The translations under genes and the position numbers were made by a program. DNA of 49,950 nucleotides from Nemertoderma westbladi (lineage: Eukaryota > Animalia > Xenacoelomorpha): positions 1 to 49,950 of the forward strand of contig JAUCBJ010001826.1 in NCBI GenBank assembly GCA_032718475.1, given 5' to 3'. The notes below the pieces were generated by a model. It was given only the letters and a program-made list of their open reading frames with translations, did no database searches and was not told the DNA's origin. Shown here in pieces: positions 1 through 11,856 of this stretch (its first letter is position 1; every line of letters begins with the position of its first letter).

Positions 1-197
1 GCACCTTTCGAAAAAAAACCGTTGATTCATTATGAACTGCCGAGGGAGTTACCATAGCAACGTAATTGTTTCCAACAAGTTTCTTTCTTTAAGTTAGCAC
101 TCTAGCTTTCTAATGATACCAATAATCCCGAATTATATTAAGGTGCAGCAGATTTATTTGAAAACAAACCGTGTCAAATTTTGTGGGACAACCTGTA
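1..197. mobile_element. Right end of a Tc1/mariner-like non-autonomous DNA element
   Basis: Ends ...gtgggacaacctg|TA (reverse complement TA|CAGGTTGTCCC), resembling CAGGGTGTCCC-type Tc1/mariner termini with a TA target. The left end is outside the window. Confidence 0.5.
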
Positions 198-296
198 TAT
201 TTGCATGTAATAAATTGTGCGTTTATCGTTGTATAGTTATAGTTCCATTGTGCAGTATCTATTGAGAAATTAAAAAAACATTTGATTTGATTCGAT

Positions 297-440
297 TTAA
301 AAGATCTTATTGTTTAATAAGTATTAAACATTACACCAGTGGCACCGAAATTATTCTTCGTCTTTCTTGTGATTTGTTGATACCAATTGAAAAGTGTCGT
401 TGAAAGGATTCCAAATTTGTAAATAACTATTAATGTCAAT
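297..440. repeat. Left arm of a 144-bp inverted duplication (partner 2683-2826)
   Basis: 297-440 is the reverse complement of 2683-2826 with about 5 mismatches by eye. Confidence 0.92.
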
Positions 441-1060
441 GAGAAATAGCTGAGATATGGGCCTTCAAAAAGTGCAGGTATTTGCATCCGTTGCAGCCTG
501 CAGGGCAGGCCATTTATTGTATTTAATAAATACACAATGTTCTGGAACATATTATTTATCTGAAGATTATTAATTACTTGATTTCTATTTTACTAGTAGT
601 AGCTACTCATTAAATAAAATAAATGCCCCAGAATAGTATTTATTACAGCACAACGTTGGCTGATTCAAGAGCAATAATCCCCATTTACCTAGGTAAATAA
701 TGCAAATATTATTTACCGCTGGGCCAATCAAATGAGCGGTAATTATTGTAAATTTTAACAATAAAATATATTATATTATAATATTATTTGTAAATCTTCA
801 GATTTACTTACTGTAAGAAAATCGTGTCTGTCTGTCTGTTTGTTTGTTTGTCACACGAAAGGTTCCGAAAACTATCCGGTCAATTGTGTTGTTTTTAGTA
901 CCCTCGTGGTCTCAATAGGTGTATAAAAGCAATTTTAGTAATAATGTAGGCCTTCAACTACTGTAGGCCCTAGTACTACAATAAATGGTGTAATTAGAAT
1001 CATGAGAGGGAAACGAAGATTGTAGATTTACATCCCGCGTGCTTGCACGCCACTAGTAGC

Positions 1061-1326
1061 CTAACCTGACTTCCGGATCCATCCTTTGAGCTTATGCTCA
1101 TCCGGTCAGAGACTTGTTGAGGACTTTCAAAGTTAACTTCAAAGTTGGTCTTTTTGGAGTTAATAAAAAGACAAACACTAGAAGCAGCCTGTTCTAATGA
1201 GCTGAGGAGCCGTTGGGCTCCCTCTAGTGATTCTGAGAGTACTCCTAAGTCATCAGCAAAGTCAGGATTAGTTAGGTACTTGGCAGGATTTCCTCGACTT
1301 CTGGAGCCAGTAGGTGGAGTTACCAT
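1061..1326 (-). mobile_element. RTE-clade LINE reverse transcriptase fragment
   Basis: Translation PPTGSRSRGNPAKYLTNPDFADDLGVL is nearly identical to the RT at 45920-46220; internally deleted. Confidence 0.88.
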
Positions 1327-1660
1327 CTGTTAGTTACCAATTACCAGGTGGGGTGCATGTCGCAGTAAAGTGCACTCAGAGTGGACATGAGAACACTCTA
1401 CTCCTGACCAGCCATTTATAGATCACATTTGTACTGTACCATTGGTAGAGGCAGGTCTGCCTGGCCAGGCCATATACCCCTGCAGCCAAGTATATAGGTC
1501 CTTAATCCAGGACCAAGGGCGTCCTTATCCCAGAACGAAGGGGGTCCTAGTTACAGGACCAAATTTGCCCTAGTAAGATGGTCTATGCAGCCACAGGTGG
1601 CACCTCCTTTATGCTGCATTGAGGTGGCAAGTTTTCTTGATCAATGACATAGAATTCATA

Positions 1661-1720
1661 GACAGCATTCTTAAAAATGCATCTGCAATGCAGCATGCCG
1701 ATCCTATGTAGTAGTAGTAA
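1661..1720 (+). mobile_element. 3' tail of the same RTE LINE family with (TAG)n end
   Basis: acagcattcttaaaaatgcatctgcaatgcagcatgccgatccta...gtagtagta is the reverse complement of 45346-45400. Confidence 0.85.
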
Positions 1721-2683
1721 TTGGATCTCCCTCCAACAACAGAATCTATAAATGGTTACATTTTGCGATGTCTCTACATAATAAATAAGATTGCATCATT
1801 ATGCAATGACTCCGTGATAAATCGAAGTTTATTCGATTTTGGTTGGAATACTGTTGCAAATGGAATGTTGTTGCCCAATAAATACCTTTCACCAATTCCT
1901 GATTACACTAGTAAACACATGTGCCTGTCAGAAAGACTGCTTGACGCAGTGATGTTCTTGTAGGCGTAACGGTGTTATGTGCACTGAATACTGTCGGAAT
2001 AGAGATTCTTGTCACAATTTAATTCCATAGTTAAGAATGTTATAATTGTGATTAATTTACTTAGTGTAAACGGCTAACAGATATTAAAGACACTTTATTA
2101 TCAATTCTAACGCGTTGCCATGGCATCTAGAAAGTAAAACATTACATATTTTTCCTTATACTCGATATAGTGAGGGTAGAGGTTGATTTTAAAACGCTGC
2201 GGCTAATATGTAGATTGTTTTTAGTCAAGGTTACTCGTTGCCATGGCAACTAGAAACTGAAAAATAATTCATATTGTTCCTTATACGTGATATAATTCTG
2301 GTAGACTCTGATTCTATGATGATACGACCACTGAATACGCATTACAAAGCCCGTTGCTATGGACATGGTCAATATTGCTATCTTTGAAGGTCGTTTTCGT
2401 CTGGTTGCTATGGCATTTTGAAAAAACGAAATATGCCATTAAATTCTTCATATCCAAAATATTAATCTGCTATAAATGTTATATCGTCATATCTACTATA
2501 AGAGCTGTTGCTATGGTAATTTTATCCGTTGCTATATTTAAGACCCCCTAAAAAACGAGCGCAACCATTTGGTGAAGTCTACCCAAATTTTTTTAAATGT
2601 CCCAAGTCTGCACTAAACTTCTATGTAGGGTAGCCGAGTCATATATAAAATTCCTACGGGGTCATAGGCTGGAGCCTGTACTA
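1721..2683 (+). mobile_element. 3' part of an Academ-like DNA transposon (degenerate transposase C-terminus plus right terminus)
   Basis: LPPT..I.GYILR...FGW...LLP followed, after a frameshift, by TCACQKDCLTQ*CSCRRNGVMCTEYC (1918-2030), the C-terminal CXC pattern of Academ transposases. The terminus ggctggagcctgtaCTA reads TAGTACAGGCTCCAG on the other strand (Academ ends begin with TAG). Confidence 0.72.
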
Positions 2684-2826
2684 TTGACATAAATAGTTAT
2701 TTACAAATTTGGAATCCTTTCAACGACACTTTTCAATTGGTATCAAGAAATCACAAGAAGGACGAAGAATAATTTCGGTGCGACTGGTGTAATGTTTAAT
2801 ACTTATTAAACAATAATATCTTTTAA
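2683..2826. repeat. Right arm of the 144-bp inverted duplication (partner 297-440)
   Basis: Reverse complement of 297-440. Confidence 0.92.
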
Positions 2827-3842
2827 TAATTATAATACAGTAATTTATCAATCACAATCGCAATCACTGCATGGGCAGCAAACTGTTCAAGTTAGTAACG
2901 AAAAACAACGCCACCTACCATCACACTATTAATTGCGCTGATTGGTTAGTATAGAACTGTATGTCCACGTTTTATCTCAATATACTGTAGCGTCGGTCGC
3001 ATAAACACCTGCAACGGTTTACGATATGTGATATTTTTACGATATATTTGTGGAACACTTGAAAATATTCTTAAGCAGTAGCGGCAATGATGCTTGAAAA
3101 TATATACAACAAATTATTTCAAAGTCAATGACACTAACTATGTATTTCAACAAGGCACACAAATAACTACTATATTTACTAAATGGAAAACAAGTGGTAC
3201 TTTTTTCCAGCCCCTACCCCGAGATGTATAAGTTTATTTTTCTCACATCGGGAGAAAAATTGCAATTTCCTGAAACTAAATCTGAAGAGTGGAATAAAAA
3301 GGCAATATTAAGAATAACTATTTATATCACGCTGCATAAAGTACCACTTTATAGAAAAACAGTTGGTTGGTACTTGATTATTTATACGTAATTTTATTCA
3401 AAAATTGCAATGTTTATTTTTGAGTGATAAATGTTCATTCATCACTTCGGCACATCGCAGATCGCCCGAAACACAGGAGACGACAACTACAACTGGAATT
3501 CCGAACCAACCAACAGTCTACTGGGACTGAGATTGCTTCTACCCATCGTTTGAACTTCTTCTATAGGTTAAACCAAAAGTAAACAGGACGCCGACTTCCG
3601 CTCGTAGGAATCGTTGACTCGATGATTCGTGGACATTCGTGGAGACGCTATCCGAACTTTTACCAGATTCCGCAGTTCCGGGTTACTATGTTGACAACAT
3701 CCATGACGCTTACCAGAAATTGATCACTCTTCTCCTCCTGGAGGTTTGACTTTGGAAAATTAATCTGAAAAACATTATAGATAAATACATTAAAGATACA
3801 ATAAATGAAACATAAGAAAAGATATAAAGAATGCAGTCTATC

Positions 3843-6070
3843 TTACCCAAACGCCACCCAAACGGCATTGTACCTTACCCAAACGCCATTCTAACATACC
3901 CAAACGCCACCCAAACGGCATTCCAACATACCCAAACGCCACCCAAACGCTATTCTAACATACCCAAACACCACTCAAACGGCATTCTAACATACCCAAA
4001 CGCCACCCAAACGGCATTCTACTTTACCCAAACGCCACTCAAACGGCATTCAAACATACCCAAACGCACACCCAAACGGCATTCTAACATACCCAAACGC
4101 CACCCAAACGGCATTCTAACATACCCAAATGCCACCAAAACGGCATTCAACCTTACCCAAACGGCATTCTAACATACCCAAACGCCAGCCAAACGGCATT
4201 CTAACATACTCAAACACCACCCAAACGGCATTATAACATACCCAAACGCCACCCAAACGGCATTCTAACATACTCAAACGCCACCCAAACAGCATTCTAC
4301 CTTACCCAAACGCCATTCAAACGGCATTCTAACATACACAAACGCCACCCAAACGGCATTCTAACATACCCAAACGCCACCCAAACGGCATTCTAACATA
4401 CCCAAACGCCACCCAAACGGCATTCTAACATACCCAAACGCCACCCAAACGGCATTCTAACATACCCATAACGCCACCCAAACGGCATTCTAACATACCC
4501 AAACGCCACTCAAACGGCATTCTACCTTACCCAAACGCCACTCAAACGGCATTCTAACATACCCAAACGCCACTCAAACGGCATTCTAACATACCCAAAC
4601 GCCACTCAAACGGCATTCTACCTTACCCAAACGCCACTCAAACGGCATTCAAACATACCCAAACGCACACCCAAACGGCATTCTAACATACCCAAATGCC
4701 ACCAAAACGGCATTCAACCTTACCCAAACGCCAGTCAAACGGCATTCTAACATACCCAAACGCGATCCTAACATACCCAAACGCCACTCAAACGGCATTC
4801 TACCTTACCCAAACGCCACTCAAACGGCATTCTAACATACCCAAACGCCACTCAAACGGCATTCTAACATACCCAAACGCCACTCAAACGGCATTCTACC
4901 TTACCCAAACGCCACTCAAACGGCATTCAAACATACCCAAACGCACACCCAAACGGCATTCTAACATACCCAAATGCCACCAAAACAGCATTCAACCTTA
5001 CCCAAACGCCAGTCAAACGGCATTCTAACATACTCAAACGGCATTCTAACATACCCAAACGCGATCCTAACATACCCAAACGCCACCCAAACGGCATTCT
5101 AACATACTCAAACACCACCCAAACGGCATTATAACATACCCAAACGGCATTCTAACATACTCAAACGCCACCCAAACAGCATTCTACCTTACCCAAACGC
5201 CACTCAAACGGCATTCTAACATACACAAACGCCACCCAAACGGCATTCTAACATACCCAAACGCCACCCAAACGGCATACTAACATACCCAAACGCCACC
5301 CAAACGGCATTCTAACATACCCAAACGCCACCCAAACGGCATTCTAACATACCCAAACGCCACTCAAACGGCCTTCTACCTTACCCAAACGCCATTCTAT
5401 CATACCCAAACGCCACCCAAACGGCATTCTAACATACCCAAACGGCATTCTACCTTACCCAAACGCCACTCAAACGGCATTCTAACATAGCCAAACGCCA
5501 TCCAAACGGCATTCAACCTTACCCAAACGCCACTCAAACGGCATTCTAACATACCCAAACGGCATTCTAACATACCCAAACGCCACCCAAACGGCATTCT
5601 AACATACCCAAACGCCACCCAAACGGCATTCTAACATACCCAAACGCCACCCAAACGGCATTCTAACATACCCAAACGCCACTCAAACGGCATTATAACA
5701 TAACCAAACGCCACCCAAACGGCATTCTAACATATACCCAAACGGCATTCTACCTTACCCAAACGCCACTCAAACGGCATTCTAACATACCCAAACGCCA
5801 CCCAAACGGCATTCTAACATACCCAAACGCCACCCAAACGGCATTCTAACATACTCAAACGCTACCCAAACGGCATTCTAACATACCCAAACGCCACCCA
5901 AACGGCATTCTAACATACCCAAACGGCATTTTAACATACTCAAACGCTACCCAAACGGCATTATAACATACCCAAACGCCACCCAAACGGAATTCTACCT
6001 TACCCAAACGCCACTCAAACAAACGGCATTCTAACATACCCAAACGCCACCCAAACGGCATTCTAACATA
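3843..6070. repeat. Satellite with a 32-bp unit (CCCAAACGCCA + CCCAAACGGCATTCTAACATA)
   Basis: Directly visible tandem array of 11- and 21-bp subunits sharing CCCAAACG. ORFs across it are repeat artefacts. Confidence 0.97.
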
Positions 6071-6267
6071 CTTATACGCCAGCATGTTTACAGTCAGACA
6101 GTAAGCTATTCTACATACCAATCTGCTGGTACCGTATTTCAGTATTCTGGTATTTGGTAGGTACCGGTTAATTTCACCGTTTACCTATTGACTCAACTGA
6201 TTTAGGATGCCAGGGAGTACCCTATAGGCTGATAGGAGGGTAATTTTCATCCGGCAGTTCAATTTTA

Positions 6268-6378
6268 ATGCCGTTTGGGTACCATTGGGTGCCGTTTGGG
6301 TGCCGATTGGGTGCGTTTGGGTGCCGTTTGGGTGTGTTTGGGTGCCGATTGGGTGCGTTTGGGTAATTAGTCATACCG
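6268..6378. repeat. Inverted cluster of GCCGTTTGGGT 10-11-mers ending in taattagtcataccg (putative transposon terminus)
   Basis: The motif is the reverse complement of the 3843-6070 satellite core. Confidence 0.75.
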
Positions 6379-6379
6379 T

Positions 6380-6566
6380 TTTTATCATATTGTATTTTTT
6401 TTTAACCTGTGTATCATAAGTTTGTAATTGGTGTGTTTTAAAATAAGTAATTTTTGTATTTTTACTTAAATATGTGCAGAACAATTAATGTGTGTACGGT
6501 GCCCTCTGCATGACAGATGTTAGAAGGGGGCACCTTAATAAGCCAATATTATTATTATTATTATTA
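6380..6566 (+). mobile_element. Probable LINE 3' end (L2/CR1-like)
   Basis: T-rich UTR-like sequence, stem-loop ggtgccctc...gggggcacc, then an (ATT)n tail. Confidence 0.4.
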
Positions 6567-6829
6567 CTCCAAATCTACCGGTATATTATTGCTGTATTGG
6601 CAGATTGGGGTGAATATTATATACGGCTGTACGGTAGGTTATCTTAAGTGTATTTATTATTGCCTGATAACCAATAACTTCTCCCGTTACCGGTATTTCA
6701 AATTTAATATTTTAGGCCTACTACAGAAGTACTACAGCTGTACAGTCTGACAGTACTATGTCAGTACTCAGTATGTTGAATTTAGATAGGCCTAATGAAT
6801 AAATAAATAAATAGGCCTAGGCCTAAAAG

Positions 6830-7035
6830 GTACCGCAAAAGACCCAAAATACAACAAAAGACAGCAAAAGACCGCAAAATACCACAAAAAACAGCAAAAG
6901 ACTGCCTGACTGCAAAAGACCACAAAAGATTAGAAAGTGGAAAGGCATGGGGTGGGCAGTTGGGTAGGCCTATCCTGCAAGACGAATTAGGCCCTACCGC
7001 AAAAGACCACAAACAGACAAAAAACCGCAAAATAC
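6830..7035. repeat. Degenerate 10-bp repeats (GACCGCAAAA-like)
   Basis: taccgcaaaa gacccaaaa tacaacaaaa gacagcaaaa gaccgcaaaa taccacaaaa, with a second cluster near 6995-7035. Confidence 0.7.
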
Positions 7036-10000
7036 TAGGCCTATTATTACTGCTGTCTGGCTGTACTGTATTACAATTCGTGCAATTACGTACACTGGTA
7101 CACTGCAACACTGGTACAGCAGTCTGGCAGTACTGCAGTTCTGCAGTAGGCCTACAGTAAATACTGAAATATGCCTATGCAGAGCTACATGAAGCTATCA
7201 CTATCAGACTTTGTATGGTGTATGCGTATGGATGCTGGTGGCTGGTCACTGGGCAGCTGGGTCATCTGATTGTGGCCTTGTCATGTCATCTTGTGCATGG
7301 AGCAAGGGTGCCTGGTCTGCTGGTCAGTCAGTCAGTCTGTCAGTGTCACATTCAATGACAGACTGACTTCCTTGTTGCTATGTCATGCTGTCATGTCATG
7401 ATCAGTAATCAAAATCTGCAATCAGGCTGTAGGGTGCATTTATAGTCAGATGCCGTCCGATCCGATCCGATCCGATGCATTTCGGCAATTATTGTAGCTA
7501 CAACTGTCAGACTGAAGACTGTACTTGTACAAGCCTATAGCTGCTTAGGCCTACTTCTGTTTTGCCTAACACTGAACGCAGTCTGGTAGTATGACTATTG
7601 GCCTATCAGCCTATTGCATTATTGTATATCTGTATATGGCAGTATCTGAGTATGCAGGTATAATATAATAATATCCACGAAGCTAAGGAAAATCAACTAC
7701 TTTCGCTAAGAAAGATTTTCCTTAGCTGAGATGGTCTATTCATAGTGGGCTATTTTACTTGTGTGAGGCAGATTTGGGGTTTTTTGATAGGCGAAAAAAC
7801 TAGCCTTTAAAAGTACCCTGAAATTTTGCATGTATATACTACTCGGCGAGGCGCATCTTTTGGGCCGGGTCTCATATCCAGGAAAAATCTGGTTTCCATG
7901 GCAACGGACTTCAAAAAAAGTCTATGTATTTCAAGTCAATATTTATAACTCTATTTGTAGGAAAACTATAATAGATTTAAACTTGGGGTTTTGCAACACA
8001 ACTATAAGGTCCATAGCAGATCCGATTGAGGCTAAATAGAAAATCCAGTTACGTTGGCAACCGGGATAAACAGATGTTAAAATTTATAAAATGATAATTT
8101 GAGGCCTAAGGGCAAGGTGTTATGACTTGAGACCAACCCCTACCCCCACTATATAACTTATTCTGCATCCGAATTACATTGTTCTATTTTTCAGTTACCA
8201 TGACAACAGCCGAAAACAGATGTTTTTATACAAAAATTATTCATTTGGACATAGACTTCGCGATAAAATTTTACAAAACTGGGTATGTGTTATCTGCACC
8301 ACTAGTTGGAACTTTTAGTGAAACTTAAATCATTCCAGAAATTTAGTTACCATGGTAACTGTAGTTTATTAAACTCTATATCATTCAAGTCTATATTGAT
8401 AACTCTATTTCTAGCAAAACTGTAATATATATAAACTTGGGGTTTTGTAACTCATCTATAATTTCCATATCCATCCAAGCCGTTTGAGGTTAATTAGAAA
8501 GTACAGTTACCATAGCAACAAGACTAAACAGATGTTACTATTTATAAAATGATAATTTGAAGCACAAGTTAATAGTATTATGACTTGGGACCAAGACCTA
8601 CCCCCACTATATGACTTATTCTGCATCCGAATTACATTATTATATTTTTCAGTTTCCATGACAACCACTGCAAACAGATGCATTTTGATAGAAAATCGGT
8701 AATTTGGACATCCACGAAGCTAAGGAAAATCAACTACTTTCGCTAAGAAAGATTTTCCTTAGCTGAGATGGTCTATTCATAGTGGGCTATTTTACTTGTG
8801 TGAGGCAGATTTGGGGTTTTTTGATAGGCGAAAAAACTAGCCTTTAAAAGTACCCTGAAATTTTGCATGTATATACTACTCGGCGAGGCGCATCTTTTGG
8901 GCCGGGTCTCATATCCAGGAAAAATCTGGTTTCCATGGCAACGGACTTCAAAAAAAGTCTATGTATTTCAAGTCAATATTTATAACTCTATTTGTAGGAA
9001 AACTATAATAGATTTAAACTTGGGGTTTTGCAACACAACTATAAGGTCCATAGCAGATCCGATTGAGGCTAAATAGAAAATCCAGTTACGTTGGCAACCG
9101 GGATAAACAGATGTTAAAATTTATAAAATGATAATTTGATGCCTAAGGGCAAGGTGTTATGACTTGAGACCAACCCCTACCCCCACTATATAACTTATTC
9201 TGCATCCGAATTACATTGTTCTATTTTTCAGTTACCATGACAACAGCCGAAAACAGATGTTTTTATACAAAAATTATTCATTTGGACATAGACTTCGCGA
9301 TAAAATTTTACAAAACTGGGTATGTGTTATCTGCACCACTAGTTGGAACTTTTAGTGAAACTTAAATCATTCCAGAAATTTAGTTACCATGGTAACTGTA
9401 GTTTATTAAACTCTATATCATTCAAGTCTATATTGATAACTCTATTTCTAGCAAAACTGTAATATATATAAACTTGGGGTTTTGTAACTCATCTATAATT
9501 TCCATATCCATCCAAGCCGTTTGAGGTTAATTAGAAAGTACAGTTACCATAGCAACAAGACTAAACAGATGTTACTATTTATAAAATGATAATTTGAAGC
9601 ACAAGTTAATAGTATTATGACTTGGGACCAAGACCTACCCCCACTATATGACTTATTCTGCATCCGAATTACATTATTATATTTTTCAGTTTCCATGACA
9701 ACCACTGCAAACAGATGCATTTTGATAGAAAATCGGTAATTTGGACATAAACTACAATATTTTCTGAAACTCGGTATATGTGTTATCCACGAAGTTAAGG
9801 AAAATCAACTACTTTCGCTAAGAAAGATTTTCCTTAGCTGAGATGGTCTATTCATAGTGGGCTGTTTTACTTGTATGGAGCAGATTTAGTGTTTTTTGAT
9901 AGGTGAAAAAACTAGCCTTTAAAAGTACCCTGAAATTTTGCATGTATATACAACTCATCAAGGCGCGTCGTGTGGGATGGGTCTCATATCCAGGAAAAAT

Positions 10001-10721
10001 CTGGTTTCCATGGCAACGGACTTAGAAAAAAGTCTATGTATTTCAAGTCAATATTTGTAACTCTATTTGTAGGAAAACTATAATACATATAAACTTGGGG
10101 TTTCCCAACACAACTATAAGGTCCATAACAGAGCCAATTGAGGTTAAATAGAAAATCCAGTTACCTTGGCAACCGGGCTAAACAGATGTTAAAATTTTTA
10201 AAATGTTAATTTGAAGCCTAAGGTTAAGGTGTGATGACTTGGGACCAATCCCTACCCCCACTATATAACTTATTCTGCGTCCGAATTTGATTGTTCTATT
10301 TTGCAGTTACCATGACAACCGCTGAAAACAGATGTTTTTATACAACAATTATTCATTTGGACATAGACTTCACGATAAAATTTTACAAAACTGGGTATGT
10401 GTTATCTGGACCACTAGTTGGAACTTTTAGTGAAACTCAAAACATTCCAGAAATATCTAGTTACCATGGTAACTGGAGCTTATTAAAGTCAATATCATTC
10501 AAGTCTATATTTTTAACTCTTGTTTGTAGGAAAACTGTATTAGATATAAATATTGGGTTTCCCAACTCAACTATAAGGAAGGTCCTTAGAGGAGCCAATT
10601 GTGGTTAATTAGAAAATCCAGTTACCTTGGTAACCAGGCTAAACAGATGTTATAATTTAAAAAATTATAATTAGAAACACAAGTTAAAGGCATTATGACT
10701 TGGGACCAACCCCTACCACCA

Positions 10722-11539
10722 TCCACGAAGCTAAGGAAAATCAACTACTTTCGCTAAGAAAGATTTTCCTTAGCTGAGATGGTCTATTCATAGTGGGCTA
10801 TTTTACTTGTGTGAGGCAGATTTGGGGTTTTTTGATAGGCGAAAAAACTAGCCTTTAAAAGTACCCTGAAATTTTGCATGTATATACTACTCGACGAGGC
10901 GCATCTTTTGGGCCGGGTCTCATATCCAGGAAAAATCTGGTTTCCATGGCAACGGACTTCAAAAAAAGTCTATGTATTTCAAGTCAATATTTATAACTCT
11001 ATTTGTAGGAAAACTATAATAGATATAAACTTGGGGTTTCGCAACACAACTATAAGGTCCATAGCAGATCCGATTGAGGCTAAATAGAAAATCCAGTTAC
11101 CTTGGCAACCGGGATAAACAGATGTTAAAATTTATAAAATGTTAATTTGAAGCACAAGTTAATAGTACTGTAATATGACTTGGGACCAACCCCTACCCCC
11201 ACTGTATGACTTATTCTGCAGCCGAATTACATTGTTCTATTTTTCAGTTTCCATGACAACCACTGCAAACAGATGCATTTTGATAGAAAATCGGTAATTT
11301 GGAAATAAACTACAATATTTTCTGAAACTCAGTATATGTGTTATCTGAACCACAATCTGTACTGAATTTTTTTTCAAAGGTTAAAGCAACAGTTCCAGAG
11401 AACTCTAGTTTCCATGGGAATAGAAGTTAATTATTTACAATTGCTACTAAACGAAGCTAAGCAACGAACCAAAGTGTGGCCGTTTGTTTAATTTTCCTTA
11501 GCTTCGTGGTTGCATTTCCTTTAGGAAATGCCTTTCTCG
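10722..11539 (+). mobile_element. 818-bp Helitron-like copy inserted precisely at A|T inside another copy
   Basis: Flanks ccaccA|...|Taatatcac re-form ccaccataatatcac, seen intact at about 16201 and 18535. About 449 bp shorter than full copies (one internal unit missing). Confidence 0.92.
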
Positions 11540-11856
11540 TAATATCACTTATTCTGCATCCAATCTACGTTGTTCTATTTGCCAGTTACCTTGACAACCA
11601 CTGCAAACAGACTTTTTAACAAATTAATAATTAATTTTGCACATAAACTACTCAATGAAGCTTCCTTGAAGTCGATGTGTCACCTGGAACCACAAACTAG
11701 ATCTTAATGTAAAACTCAGCATTTCTAGAAAAGTCCAGTTACCTTGGCAATACCGGGAGTTCTTTTAACTCGGTAAATCAATGAACTGATGAGTCAAAGA
11801 GTGTCTAATTTTCCTTAGCTTCGTGGTTGCATTTCCTTTAGGAAATGCCTTTCTAG

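Noticed and set aside
3831-6121. ORFs over the 32-bp satellite, and a possible CRISPR-like array
   Set aside because: Pure tandem repeats with no unique spacers; translations only mirror the unit.
11780-11815. CTGATGAG as a hammerhead ribozyme core
   Set aside because: No stem II closing onto GAAA follows.
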